Translations under genes and position numbers: made by a program
Source of the DNA: Phycisphaerae bacterium
Lineage (GTDB): Bacteria > Planctomycetota > Phycisphaerae > Sedimentisphaerales > UBA12454
DNA length: 64,000 nucleotides
Direction: 5' to 3'
NCBI GenBank assembly: GCA_041661665.1
Contig: JBAZTW010000006.1
Coordinates: 3,711-67,710, forward strand
Shown: positions 28,646 to 38,138 of the stretch, in pieces
How positions within the stretch are numbered: position 1 is the stretch's first letter
Layout: each line of letters begins with the position of its first letter
The notes under the pieces: generated by a model
What the model was told of the DNA's origin: nothing
What the model saw: the letters and a program-made list of their open reading frames with translations, nothing else
Database searches by the model: none

Positions 28646-28681
28646 AATTTACTATATGACAATATACTCACATAGTAAATT
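28646..28681. promoter_or_regulatory. Candidate ArsR operator (14-8-14 inverted repeat)
   Basis: AATTTACTATATGA-caatatac-TCACATAGTAAATT, with 13 of 14 positions complementary. It lies 13-48 nt upstream of the arsR ATG. Confidence 0.45.
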
Positions 28682-28821
28682 ATAAGTTCGCTAAAATCAA
28701 ATAGATTTTTTGTGTCGTTTTATTGGTTATGGCTCTGGAAAGTCCGCATATAGAATTCATTTGCAAACTTATCCATTTTACATATACTTATCCGTTGATT
28801 GTTAACAAATTAGATTGGCCT

Positions 28822-28879
28822 CCGCCGTATGGCGGTCTCCACAATTTTGATATTTTATTTTTGATTTTTGATTTTTTTT
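28822..28879. repeat. Composite repeat: GC hairpin + TCCACAATTTT + T-rich tandem words
   Basis: ccgcc-gtat-ggcgg tctccacaattttgatattttatttttgatttttgatttttttt. This is close to 58737-58798 and 44236-44290. Confidence 0.65.
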
Positions 28880-28894
28880 ATAAGGGTTGCATAA

Positions 28895-29359
28895 ATGGGC
28901 GATGAAAAAAAAACCGATTTGAAAAAAGTTAAGGAATTAGTCGATTTAATGATTGAAAACGACCTTGTTGAGGTCGAAATCGCGGATGGCGACAGCAAAA
29001 TCCATCTCAAACGCCCCGGCCATTCACAGCCGCAGTTCACGGCAGCGCCGATGCAATACGCACAAACCCCAGCAGCGGCTCCGACAGCGGCCCCGCAGGC
29101 AGTGCCGGCAGCAGACAATCTAATTGACATTCCATCGCCAATCATCGGAACATTTTACGCAGCTCCAAGTCCTGATTCGCCTCCATTCGTCAAAGTCGGC
29201 GACCGCGTAAATCCAGATACCGTTGTTTGCATCATCGAGGCGATGAAGGTGATGAACGAAATAAAAGCTGAAAAGAGCGGCACAATTGAAAAAATTATGG
29301 TTACAAACGGCCAGGCCGTCGAATTCAATCAGTCGCTTTTCAAAATCAAGCCGGACTAA
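28895..29359 (+). CDS. accB: Biotin carboxyl carrier protein of acetyl-CoA carboxylase
   Basis: 154 aa with a Pro/Ala linker and the biotinyl-lysine motif EAMKVMNEI. Confidence 0.9.
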   Translation: MGDEKKTDLKKVKELVDLMIENDLVEVEIADGDSKIHLKRPGHSQPQFTAAPMQYAQTPAAAPTAAPQAVPAADNLIDIPSPIIGTFYAAPSPDSPPFVKVGDRVNPDTVVCIIEAMKVMNEIKAEKSGTIEKIMVTNGQAVEFNQSLFKIKPD

Positions 29360-29393
29360 AGAATGAAATTTGAAGAATTATTTTTGAAACAGC

Positions 29394-29446
29394 TTCGCCA
29401 CAGGCGAATTCGCAAATTTTCAATCTTCAATCTTCAATCTTCAATT
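29394..29446. repeat. Composite repeat between accB and accC: hairpin + TTCGCAAATTTT + (TCAATCT)x3-4
   Basis: ttcgcc-aca-ggcgaa (29394-29408), then ttcgcaaatttt, then tcaatct tcaatct tcaatct tcaatta (29420-29446). A sister copy lies at 57422-57473. Confidence 0.7.
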
Positions 29447-29465
29447 ATTTGATTTCAGGAATACT

Positions 29466-30812
29466 ATGTTCTCAAAAATACTAATCGCCAACAGAGGCGA
29501 AATCGCGTTAAGAATTATCCGAGCCTGCAAAGAACTCGGTGTTGAATCGGTTGTCGTTTATTCCGAAGCCGACAGAGGCGCAAGTTACATCGAACTGGCC
29601 GACCAGGCCATCTGCATCGGCCCTGCACAACCAGCCAAAAGTTATCTCAATATCCCCGCGATAATCAGCGCCGCCGAAATCGCCGACGTTGACGCGATTC
29701 ATCCGGGTTATGGATTTTTTGCGGAGAACGCACATTTCGCTGATGTCTGCAACGACTGCAATATAACATTCATCGGACCCAGGCCGGAATCTATGAGACT
29801 GCTCGGCGATAAAGTCGCCGCCAGAGAATTGGTCAAAAAAGCGAAAGTGCAATGTGTGCCCGGTTCCGATGGAGAATTAAGAGATGAAGCTGAAGCGATT
29901 AAGCTGGCAAATAAAATCGGATACCCTGTGATTATCAAGGCCGCGGCAGGCGGCGGCGGCAGAGGTATGCGAGTCGCACACAATGATATCAGTTTGCGAA
30001 ACGCAATTGCCGCAGCAAAAGCTGAGGCAGAGGTAGTATTCAGGGATAGTAAAGTTTATATGGAAAAATACATCCTCGAACCTCGACACGTCGAAGTGCA
30101 GATTATGGCTGATAAGTCAGGCAACGCGCTGCATTTTTACGAACGCGACTGCTCGATTCAGCGCAGACACCAGAAGCTCATCGAGGAATCGCCCTGCCCA
30201 ATTCTTGATGAAAAGACAAGAGAAGAACTTTGCAAAGCAGCGATAAAAATCGTCAAAGAGGCTAAATATGAAAACGCCGCAACGGTGGAGTTTTTGCTCG
30301 ATAAGGATAAAAACTTTTATTTCATCGAAGTCAACACTCGAATTCAGGTTGAACATCCGGTAACGGAATTGGTAACAGGCATAGATTTGATTAAAATGCA
30401 GCTGCAGGTGGCAAGCGGTCAAAATTTAAATCTCAAACAAAAAGATATCGTTCACCGCGGCGTTGCGATTGAGTGTCGAATAAACGCCGAAGACCCGACT
30501 CACAATTTCTCCCCATGCCCCGGCAAAATTGACAAATTTATCCTGCCCGGCGGAATGGGCGTAAGAGTTGATACGCATATGTTCCAGGGAGCGGTAGTTT
30601 CGCCGTATTACGATTCTATGATTGCAAAGCTGCTCGTTCACAGACCGACAAGGGAAGAGGCTATTATCACAATGAAGCGGGCATTGGGCGAATTTCGCAT
30701 TGGCCCGATTAAAACCACAATACCGGCCTGCGAGAAAATTTTATCGCACAATATGTATCTGCAAAATAAAGTTAACACAGGCTTCATCGAACAATATATG
30801 AATCAGTTTTAA
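29466..30812 (+). CDS. accC: Biotin carboxylase subunit of acetyl-CoA carboxylase
   Basis: 448 aa ATP-grasp protein. [33 protein letters not shown] and [14 protein letters not shown]. Confidence 0.97.
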   Translation: MFSKILIANRGEIALRIIRACKELGVESVVVYSEADRGASYIELADQAICIGPAQPAKSYLNIPAIISAAEIADVDAIHPGYGFFAENAHFADVCNDCNITFIGPRPESMRLLGDKVAARELVKKAKVQCVPGSDGELRDEAEAIKLANKIGYPVIIKAAAGGGGRGMRVAHNDISLRNAIAAAKAEAEVVFRDSKVYMEKYILEPRHVEVQIMADKSGNALHFYERDCSIQRRHQKLIEESPCPILDEKTREELCKAAIKIVKEAKYENAATVEFLLDKDKNFYFIEVNTRIQVEHPVTELVTGIDLIKMQLQVASGQNLNLKQKDIVHRGVAIECRINAEDPTHNFSPCPGKIDKFILPGGMGVRVDTHMFQGAVVSPYYDSMIAKLLVHRPTREEAIITMKRALGEFRIGPIKTTIPACEKILSHNMYLQNKVNTGFIEQYMNQF

Positions 30813-30848
30813 TACGAATTTATTTGTCGGGACGAGGGGCAGCGGCCA

Positions 30849-31853
30849 GTGCAAATAACCGTTAATAACAAAAGAATACTTACCGTTAAAGGCGGCAAAA
30901 GCCTTCTGGCGACCCTTGCCGACGAAAAAATTTTCCTGCCGACTGCCTGCGGCGGCAGAGGTATGTGCGGATTATGCAGATTGAAAGTTCTCACCGGCGG
31001 CGGAAATTTAACCTATGCCGAACAACGCAAACTCAAAGACGATGAGAAAAAAACAAACATCCGCCTTGCCTGCCAGATTACCGTCTCAGGCGATTTGAAC
31101 ATCGAGATACCGGACAAACTTCTCGCCGTCGGAGAATACAAATGCAAATGCACCGACATACAGGACATCGCCTCCAATGTCAGACAACTGCGATTAGAAC
31201 TTATCGAGCCGCGAACAATTGATTATATCCCCGGCCAATACGTTCAGGCTCTTGTGCCTGCCTACGCAAAAAGCGGTCAGGAAGTTTCAAGAGCATATTC
31301 AATCTCGTCCGACCCTGCCGATAAAAATGCCATAGAACTGATTGCCCGGCGAACGCCCGGCGGAATAAGCTCAACGTACTTTTTTGAATATCTCAAAGTC
31401 GGCGATGAAGTAAAATTCAGCGGCCCTTACGGAAAATTCATACTCAGCCAGACACAATCGCCGATGGTTTTTGTCGCAGGCTCAAGCGGTATGGCGCCGA
31501 TAAAATGTATGCTGCACTATATGAAAAACATCGGCAGCAAACGCAAGGCAATCTATTATTTCGGCGCTAACAAAGTCAACGAATTGATTTTGCCGGAGCT
31601 GATGAGGCAATTTGAAAAAGACCTGCCGAATTTCAGGTTTGTGCCGGTCATCGCCAACCAGCAGGAAAAATGGGATGGCCAAAGAGGCTTAGTTACCGAA
31701 GCGATTGAGAGGAATTTTAAAAATGCCGAGCTGTATGAGGCCTATATTTGCGGAAATCCGGGAATGGTGGATGCCGCAATAAAAACTCTCAAAGAGCTTG
31801 GAATAAGCGATAATAAAATTTTCTACGATAAGCTGACAACCAATAACCAGTAG
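30849..31853 (+). CDS. 2Fe-2S ferredoxin / FAD / NAD(P)H oxidoreductase (NqrF-like soluble reductase)
   Basis: 334 aa. Cys cluster ACGGRGMCGLCRL...LACQ, FAD motif RAYSISS, NAD motif GSSGMAP and CGNPGMV. GTG start. Confidence 0.8.
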   Translation: MQITVNNKRILTVKGGKSLLATLADEKIFLPTACGGRGMCGLCRLKVLTGGGNLTYAEQRKLKDDEKKTNIRLACQITVSGDLNIEIPDKLLAVGEYKCKCTDIQDIASNVRQLRLELIEPRTIDYIPGQYVQALVPAYAKSGQEVSRAYSISSDPADKNAIELIARRTPGGISSTYFFEYLKVGDEVKFSGPYGKFILSQTQSPMVFVAGSSGMAPIKCMLHYMKNIGSKRKAIYYFGANKVNELILPELMRQFEKDLPNFRFVPVIANQQEKWDGQRGLVTEAIERNFKNAELYEAYICGNPGMVDAAIKTLKELGISDNKIFYDKLTTNNQ

Positions 31854-31990
31854 GTTTTTACTTGCTACTGGATGATTACTGTCGACTTTTTTTAAAATTT
31901 TCTGTTACCTGCGTAAAAAACCATCCACTAATCACTTTGGAAGGGTATTAAAATTAAGGGTAGGCATTAAAAGTTAATAACGGTTAGCTG

Positions 31991-32596
31991 ATGTCCATTT
32001 ACAAAACCGTCGCCGGCTCTTATAATATCGCTGTGGAAAATTTGGACAATAACGATATTTGCGATTCGCTGGCAGGCGACTCGAAGGCTTTTGAACGGCT
32101 CGTCATTCGCTATCAGCCTCGAATCATCAGGCTGATGTGGCGGTTTTGCAGAGACCGCCAAACCTGCGAAAGGCTTGTTCAGGATGTCTTTGTCGAGGCG
32201 TATTTCAGCCTGAAAACATATAAGGCCAAGGCGCCATTTGAACACTGGCTCAGCAGAATCGCATCACGAGTCGGCTATCGGCATTTTAAAGAGCAGGACA
32301 AAGAAAAGCAGACTTTGCCGCTGCCCGATTTTGACATCGCCGCCGCCGATTCGCAGCAGGCCGTTGAGCCTGAAAAAGCCGCCGAGCTTTTGTACTGGCT
32401 GCTGGCCAAACTGCCCGCGACAGACAGACTTGCCCTTACGCTTGTCTATCTGGAAGACTGCAGCATCAAAGATGTCGCCGTTAAAACAGGCTGGTCAGCG
32501 CCCGCAGTAAAAATGAGATTGTCGCGGGCGAGAAAAAAGTTAAAAGAAATTGCAGAAAAAGAAAAAATTTCAGAGAGGTTCGAATGGATACCTTAA
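31991..32596 (+). CDS. ECF-type RNA polymerase sigma factor
   Basis: 201 aa with region 2 (FERLVIRYQPRIIRLMWRF..DVFVEAY) and region 4 (LALTLVYLEDCSIKDVAVKTGWSAPAVKMRLSRARKKL). Confidence 0.85.
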   Translation: MSIYKTVAGSYNIAVENLDNNDICDSLAGDSKAFERLVIRYQPRIIRLMWRFCRDRQTCERLVQDVFVEAYFSLKTYKAKAPFEHWLSRIASRVGYRHFKEQDKEKQTLPLPDFDIAAADSQQAVEPEKAAELLYWLLAKLPATDRLALTLVYLEDCSIKDVAVKTGWSAPAVKMRLSRARKKLKEIAEKEKISERFEWIP

Positions 32597-32847
32597 AAAC
32601 TATTGAAAAGCTGGCCAAAGCCGCTCGAAGCGAGGCTTTGCCTGCGTTTGACGTTTCAAGTTATGTGCTTGGACAGACGCGAATGGTGCAGGTGCAGAGA
32701 GCAAATCTTTTGCCTTTTGAGTTTTTTGCCGCGCTGACTGCCGTTGCCGCTTCGATTGTAATTGTTCTGTCCGTAAGCGCCTGGCAAACAATCATCAATC
32801 CGATGACACAGTTAATTGCGCCTTTGCAGGAGAGTTCACTATGGTAG
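32584..32847 (+). CDS. Putative anti-sigma factor (single-pass membrane protein)
   Basis: 87 aa with one TM (FFAALTAVAASIVIVLSV). Its start overlaps the sigma-factor stop. The call rests on position only. Confidence 0.45.
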   Translation: MDTLKTIEKLAKAARSEALPAFDVSSYVLGQTRMVQVQRANLLPFEFFAALTAVAASIVIVLSVSAWQTIINPMTQLIAPLQESSLW

Positions 32848-33257
32848 AAGACCAGAAAATAATTATTAAACGGTACAGCCGCAAACAGGTAATTACTCTT
32901 ACAATCTGCGCAGCGGTAATCCTTTTATCAGGCATAGCAATAGGCACAGGAACAACAGTTCTGCTTGCTCAAAACAGATTTATCAAAATTGCCCCTCCGC
33001 ACAAGACCGCCGACGATATAACTAAAAAAATCAGCGAAAAATACGATTTGAATTCGCAGCAGACTGCACAGGTTCAGACGCTTTTGAATGATATGTTTGC
33101 CAAAGGAAAGCTCTACAAGGATGAAATGAATGCAAAACGCGATGCCGATGCCGAGATTATGATTGCTCAGATGAAACTTATTTTGACAGATGAACAATTT
33201 GTAAAGTGGAATAAAGATTTTGAAGCATTGAGAGAGAAATTCAAAAAATTTCGGTAA
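32841..33257 (+). CDS. Membrane-anchored Spy/CpxP-like (LTxxQ) periplasmic protein
   Basis: 138 aa with an N-terminal TM and helical repeats carrying LNSQQ and LTDEQ motifs. It overlaps the upstream gene by 7 nt. Confidence 0.55.
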   Translation: MVEDQKIIIKRYSRKQVITLTICAAVILLSGIAIGTGTTVLLAQNRFIKIAPPHKTADDITKKISEKYDLNSQQTAQVQTLLNDMFAKGKLYKDEMNAKRDADAEIMIAQMKLILTDEQFVKWNKDFEALREKFKKFR

Positions 33258-33283
33258 AAAATAAATTCTCACCTTTCACACTT

Positions 33284-33829
33284 TTAAGCGGTTAATTTCA
33301 TCCTGTACTTTCTTAACTGCTTTGACAACATCTTAGCTCTGCCCTGCACATATTCATCTAACTGCCGCCAAAATCGTTGACTATGATTTTTATGCGGTAT
33401 ATGGCATAATTCGTGGAGCAAAATATAATCCTGAAGTTCCTGCGGCAGAAAGACAATGTTGACATTCAGATTTATGTTATTTTTACCGGAACAACTGCCC
33501 CACTTTGTTTTTTGACATCGAAAAGATGCTTTTCTATAAGCGAGTTTATGTTTTTCGGCGAAATGCGCCAATCTGCCGAACAGTTCATTCTGTGCCTTTT
33601 TAATATCGACATCAGCGTCAGGCAAATCCTGCAATTGATTATATTTATCTATTTTTTGCAGATGCTTTTTCAGCCATTGAATTTTTGATTGTAAAAATTT
33701 TTCCGCTTCGCTTCTGTTGCCTGCTCTTGGAATAGTTACCCTGACGGTTTTATCGGGATGTATCGTTATGCGCAGATGTCTTGCGCGCGGCGAGTGAACA
33801 AAAACAACATTGTCTAAACCAGAAATCAT
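33284..33829 (-). CDS. YgjP-like metallopeptidase-fold protein (DUF45/M48 superfamily)
   Basis: HExxH in ILLHELCHIPHKNHSQRFW, plus the N-terminal RHLRITIHPDKTVRVTIP pattern. ATG 33829 is preferred over the GTG at 33895. Confidence 0.75.
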   Translation of the reverse strand: MISGLDNVVFVHSPRARHLRITIHPDKTVRVTIPRAGNRSEAEKFLQSKIQWLKKHLQKIDKYNQLQDLPDADVDIKKAQNELFGRLAHFAEKHKLAYRKASFRCQKTKWGSCSGKNNINLNVNIVFLPQELQDYILLHELCHIPHKNHSQRFWRQLDEYVQGRAKMLSKQLRKYRMKLTA

Positions 33830-33958
33830 AATGGGCGAAATTCTGACAGAGACAGGATGACAATTCAAGCCAAAAATAAAAAAATGCTTCGCCACAGCGG
33901 TTTCGCAATTAAAAATTAAAAACTAACAATTCAAAATTTGTTCTTCCATCATTCTATG

Positions 33959-34861
33959 CTATTTTTTCACAGCAAAAACGCCAAAGATTAGCAGCAAAAG
34001 AGCAGCCGGTTCAGGGACAGAGGCGACACGAAACCCTAAATCACCGGCCTCGAGATACGAGACGTTGTAGCCCCTATCTGGCGACATAAGGGTGCCGACG
34101 CTGACATCGTACGAGCCGCCACGAATGCCTCGACTGGAACCAATAAGAGTCTCGTTCCATTCCCAGGCATTGCCGCCCTGGTCAAACGTACCATAAGCGC
34201 TGTCAGAGTTCTCGAATTCCCCGACAACAGTCAGGTAATCCGGACTGCCAATGGTATAACTGTTCTGATAAAAATTGGCGTTATTGCACGGGTCGGGATT
34301 GAGCAGAGCATTGCTTGGCACGTTGTTCGACTTAGTCGGGTATAACCAGTAATTACCTGTAATTCCGTCGTTCTTGTGATAAGCGGCCTTATACCACTCG
34401 TCCTCGGTTGGAATGACATAAATCGTACCGTAAACAACCTGAGCCGCTGCACGGTCAACTGCAATGCTGCCGTCTGCACCAAGTTGATATGCTCCCTTGC
34501 TCTTATCGCCGCTGGTCAGATAGTTACAGAACTGGGCTGCTTCATACCAGCTTACATTATTGGTTGGCTGCTGAGCGCCGGTGTGGACTGCGCTTGAATT
34601 ATAAGCATTGCTCGGACTGCCTGTGGGCGCTCCGGCTGCATTTGTAAAAGTGTTCCACTGAGCGTTGGTTATCTCGTACTTGCCGATACGGTAATTATAC
34701 CCTACTGCGCCGTACAAACTTCCAGTCGCAGGGTCAGTCGCATTCCCCGCATTGCCGATATTCACAAAATCAATGTCAATACCTCGTATGATTTCAGCCG
34801 AAGCAAAATTAACTGCTGCCATCACACACACAACAATTCCCAAAATTCTTACATTTTTCAT
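33959..34861 (-). CDS. Secreted FGE-sulfatase (SUMF1-like) domain protein with a C-terminal PEP-CTERM anchor
   Basis: Signal peptide. FGE-domain hallmarks (NVSWYEAAQFCNYL, GNAWEWN, RGGSY, GFRVA). The C-terminus is VPEPAALLLLIFGVFAVKK. Confidence 0.8.
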   Translation of the reverse strand: MKNVRILGIVVCVMAAVNFASAEIIRGIDIDFVNIGNAGNATDPATGSLYGAVGYNYRIGKYEITNAQWNTFTNAAGAPTGSPSNAYNSSAVHTGAQQPTNNVSWYEAAQFCNYLTSGDKSKGAYQLGADGSIAVDRAAAQVVYGTIYVIPTEDEWYKAAYHKNDGITGNYWLYPTKSNNVPSNALLNPDPCNNANFYQNSYTIGSPDYLTVVGEFENSDSAYGTFDQGGNAWEWNETLIGSSRGIRGGSYDVSVGTLMSPDRGYNVSYLEAGDLGFRVASVPEPAALLLLIFGVFAVKK

Positions 34862-35164
34862 TTTCTACCCCTTTCAAAAAAGTTGGTAATCCATTATCTA
34901 TCCGCTCTTATGGACTATGAATAAATGTCTGATTGATTTTGAATAATTTGCGCAATGATGCCGCTGAATTGTGAACAGACGAAAAACTCCCAAAACACTC
35001 TCTAATTTTCCCTTGCCCCATAACCGCACATTATAGAACACTTACTATTTACAATCAAGAAAATTTTTTGTCAACCCCGCACAAAAATAAAAAATCTCAT
35101 CGGCCTGAGGCGCTAAACGAATGACGGACACGGGACGGGAAGGTTTATGCTGTTTGGCGTAATA

Positions 35165-36340
35165 TCAAAGATTATCCCCAATTTTACGGATTTCGTTTTC
35201 GCACATCTTTTTCTGGCCGTCATCGGAAAGTCTGGCTGCCGCCTTTTTCAGATAACCAACTGCCTTTTCTTTATCGACAATATAACGGGAATAAATTATG
35301 CCGAGCATAAGTTGAACCTGCTCGGTATGCTCATAATTGCCATACAAAGAGAGGAATTTTTCATAAGCCTCGGCAGCCTGCTGCCACTGACCTGCTGACA
35401 TAAGCTGATTTGCAATATCAAGCATCGCCTGCTTTGGCAATGCGCCTATCAATTCCCCCCGGCTATCCACATACAATTGAGCAGCAGAAGCAAGATTACC
35501 CTGACTTATCAGATTATAAATCTGGCGTTTAATGGCAGCGCTGGCATCTTCAGCCTTTTGCTGCGCTTCAGATGTAACATCCTTAACCTTTATTTTTCTG
35601 CTTAGCCTTACCGGAAATGGCTCGCCATCATGGGATACCGTGCTGCGATACTCTCGTCTTCTGTTCCATCGCGTAATCATTGCCCAGAGGTCGAACTGGT
35701 CGCCGGGGATAATTTTTATAATAAGGAATAGCATAATCGAGAGAATGCCGAAGGCATAGCCAGCCAGATGCGCATCATAAGCGACATTCTGCGCGCTTCT
35801 GGAGATTATATTATCGATGAATATCATTTTGAACAATATCAAAAATATCGCCGGTATTTCCATTGTTCCGATAATAAAAAACCAGTAAATAATCGTAATC
35901 AGTGTCTGCGGAAAAAGAACCAGATATGCCCCCGTAACCGCAGCGATAGCTCCGCTTGCTCCAAGCACCGGAGTTGCGACACCATGGCCAAACCATGAAG
36001 CAGCGAGGATGTGGCCGATTGCGCTGAAAATCGCCCCTGCCAAATAGAAACACAGATAGCCCAGATTGCCGAGCCGGTCATTGACATTGTTGCCGAAAAT
36101 ATAGAGAAAGTACATATTACCGAAGATATGGCCGATGCTGCCGTGCAGGAAAGCGTAAGTTATGAATTGCCAAAGAAACGGATAGGCCGGGGTAAGCATA
36201 AAACCCGTCGCCCAGCCGCGGAGATTCTGTTCGCCGCCGACGTATGTAATAAGAAATATGACGACATTGACGGCTATCAATGCATAATTCGTATATGGCA
36301 TACGAGATGGGTCTATATTTGTTCTTATTGGAAGCAGCAT
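35165..36340 (-). CDS. Rhomboid intramembrane serine protease fused to a C-terminal TPR domain
   Basis: The N-terminal roughly 220 aa have six TM helices with HGSIGHIFGNM, GASGAIAAV (GxSG) and AHLAGYAFG. The C-terminal roughly 150 aa are TPR-like. Confidence 0.8.
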   Translation of the reverse strand: MLLPIRTNIDPSRMPYTNYALIAVNVVIFLITYVGGEQNLRGWATGFMLTPAYPFLWQFITYAFLHGSIGHIFGNMYFLYIFGNNVNDRLGNLGYLCFYLAGAIFSAIGHILAASWFGHGVATPVLGASGAIAAVTGAYLVLFPQTLITIIYWFFIIGTMEIPAIFLILFKMIFIDNIISRSAQNVAYDAHLAGYAFGILSIMLFLIIKIIPGDQFDLWAMITRWNRRREYRSTVSHDGEPFPVRLSRKIKVKDVTSEAQQKAEDASAAIKRQIYNLISQGNLASAAQLYVDSRGELIGALPKQAMLDIANQLMSAGQWQQAAEAYEKFLSLYGNYEHTEQVQLMLGIIYSRYIVDKEKAVGYLKKAAARLSDDGQKKMCENEIRKIGDNL

Positions 36341-36439
36341 ATTTTTTAGTTTTTTATAAAAAAATGTCGAAAAATTACTCTAATAATAGTATTCTAACGA
36401 TACTTACAGGCGGGTATAGATACCAGAATTGAGCAAAAA

Positions 36440-37534
36440 ATGCACATAAAAAATCAGAATCTGAAAAATCGGCTTTGCCAGGTACGCCAAACGCTGGCGG
36501 AAAAAAATTTCGACGCCGCCATCGTGGCAAATACCTCAAACGTCAGATATTTAAGCGGTTTTGAAGGTGATGACAGTTGGCTAATCGTAACCGAAAAAAA
36601 TCTTTTCCTCATCACCGACAGCAGATACACTTTGCAGGCAAAAAAACAGTGTCCGCTATGCAAAATCGTCGAGCGAAAAACGTCAATTATTGATGCGGCT
36701 TGCGATACACTGAAAAAAATCAAAGGCGTTAAAACTGTATGTATCGAAAACAGAGTCGAAATAAGGGTATTTAACAGCCTGCAAAAAAAACTTACTGTAT
36801 CGCTAAAACCAATCGGTAATCTTGTCGAGGCTGTTCGGCAGATTAAGGATGTCGCCGAAATCGCCGCAATTAAATTGGCTGGAAAAATCGCAAAAAAAGC
36901 TCTCGAAAAAGTCCTGTCTGGAATTTATTCGGGAATCAGAGAAACCGAACTTGCGGCAATGCTCGATTACGAAATGAAAAAATCCGGCGCAATGCCGGCT
37001 TTTGAAACAATTGTCGCGTTCGGCTCGAACTCCGCAATGCCTCATCACAGGCCGACAGACAGGAAACTGAAAAAAAACGATACAATACTGATTGACTTCG
37101 GCGCAAAATTCAAAGGCTACTGCTGCGATATTACAAGATGTTTCGCTGTAGGCAAAGTAAGCAAACTCTACAAAAAAGTTTACGAAGCTGTTTTCGCCGC
37201 TCAGCAGTCAGCGATAAAAACTGTCAGAGCAGGCCAATCGCTCATAGCTGTTGATAATGCCGCCAGGGGAATTATCAAATCCGCCAAACTGCCCATTTAT
37301 GGCCACGGAACAGGCCACGGGCTGGGATTGGAAGTTCACGAATCGCCGACAATTTCGGTTCTCTCAAAAGATAATTTGAAACAGGGGAATGTAATCACTA
37401 TTGAGCCTGCGGTTTATCTGCCAGGCAAATTCGGAATCAGAATTGAAGATGATGTTCTGGTTGCAAATAGTGGATATAAAACCATAACTTCAACCCTAAA
37501 CGATGCTTATGTGCCGATTTTGAAAATCAGTTGA
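36440..37534 (+). CDS. M24 family Xaa-Pro aminopeptidase/dipeptidase
   Basis: 364 aa with a creatinase-like N-domain and a pita-bread domain carrying HGTGHGLGLEVHE and IEPAVY. Confidence 0.85.
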   Translation: MHIKNQNLKNRLCQVRQTLAEKNFDAAIVANTSNVRYLSGFEGDDSWLIVTEKNLFLITDSRYTLQAKKQCPLCKIVERKTSIIDAACDTLKKIKGVKTVCIENRVEIRVFNSLQKKLTVSLKPIGNLVEAVRQIKDVAEIAAIKLAGKIAKKALEKVLSGIYSGIRETELAAMLDYEMKKSGAMPAFETIVAFGSNSAMPHHRPTDRKLKKNDTILIDFGAKFKGYCCDITRCFAVGKVSKLYKKVYEAVFAAQQSAIKTVRAGQSLIAVDNAARGIIKSAKLPIYGHGTGHGLGLEVHESPTISVLSKDNLKQGNVITIEPAVYLPGKFGIRIEDDVLVANSGYKTITSTLNDAYVPILKIS

Positions 37535-37608
37535 CAGTTGATATTTGGCTGCAGGTTTGGTATTCTATTGGAAATGAAAAACTACATAATATATCAGCGA
37601 AGATTGTT

Positions 37609-37851
37609 ATGATAAAAACTCTAAAAAGGACAGTTACATCGGTACTGCCCATCTCTAAAAAACGAACAGGAAAATGTCTCCGCTGCGGTCAATGCTGCAA
37701 GATTGTTTTCCACTGCCCGTTTCTTAGATACGACGCAGAAAACAAAAGCTACTGCTCCATATATAAATGCCGGCCATTGAACTGCCTGAAATATCCACGA
37801 ACCCAATCCGAATCTGTTACGGCAGATAAATGCGGCTTTAAATTCGAATAA
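37609..37851 (+). CDS. YkgJ-family Cys-cluster protein
   Basis: CLRCGQCCK...CPFL...C..Y..RP..C. ATG 37609 is preferred over the track start 37531, which overlaps the peptidase gene. Confidence 0.65.
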   Translation: MIKTLKRTVTSVLPISKKRTGKCLRCGQCCKIVFHCPFLRYDAENKSYCSIYKCRPLNCLKYPRTQSESVTADKCGFKFE

Positions 37852-38138
37852 ACGAACCATCGAACCTCGATGAAATAATTCAAAAAAAACGAGCAGTCGT
37901 GCTCGTTGAAAGAACACTGCCTGCTCGCAGGAGGAGGAAGAAGAAGATTACATTTTTATATGCTGCATAATCAGCCGCTTGTTCAGGATTTCATTAAAAA
38001 ATTCATCCCTAATCGTGCCTAATTGTAACAGGGGTGGCGTCACTGTAAATCAGTATAAAAACTGATTATAATGTAAGACAATTTACCTATACATCTGTCA
38101 TCTAAAACCACTACATTCATACCAATTGAATTCTTTAA

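Noticed and set aside
29420-29446. Tandem TCAATCT repeats, and similar word blocks at 15666-15695, 28846-28879 and 57440-57473, considered as a possible CRISPR array or microsatellite
   Set aside because: The units are only 7-9 nt with no spacers, there are 3-4 copies, and there are no cas genes. They are part of the composite intergenic repeats, not CRISPR arrays.
37931-38030. GGAGGAGG-like purine run followed by a 20-codon ORF (MLHNQPLVQDFIKKFIPNRA)
   Set aside because: The purine run is about 22 nt from the ATG, which is too far for an SD. The ORF is tiny and featureless and lies in the topA 3' flank.
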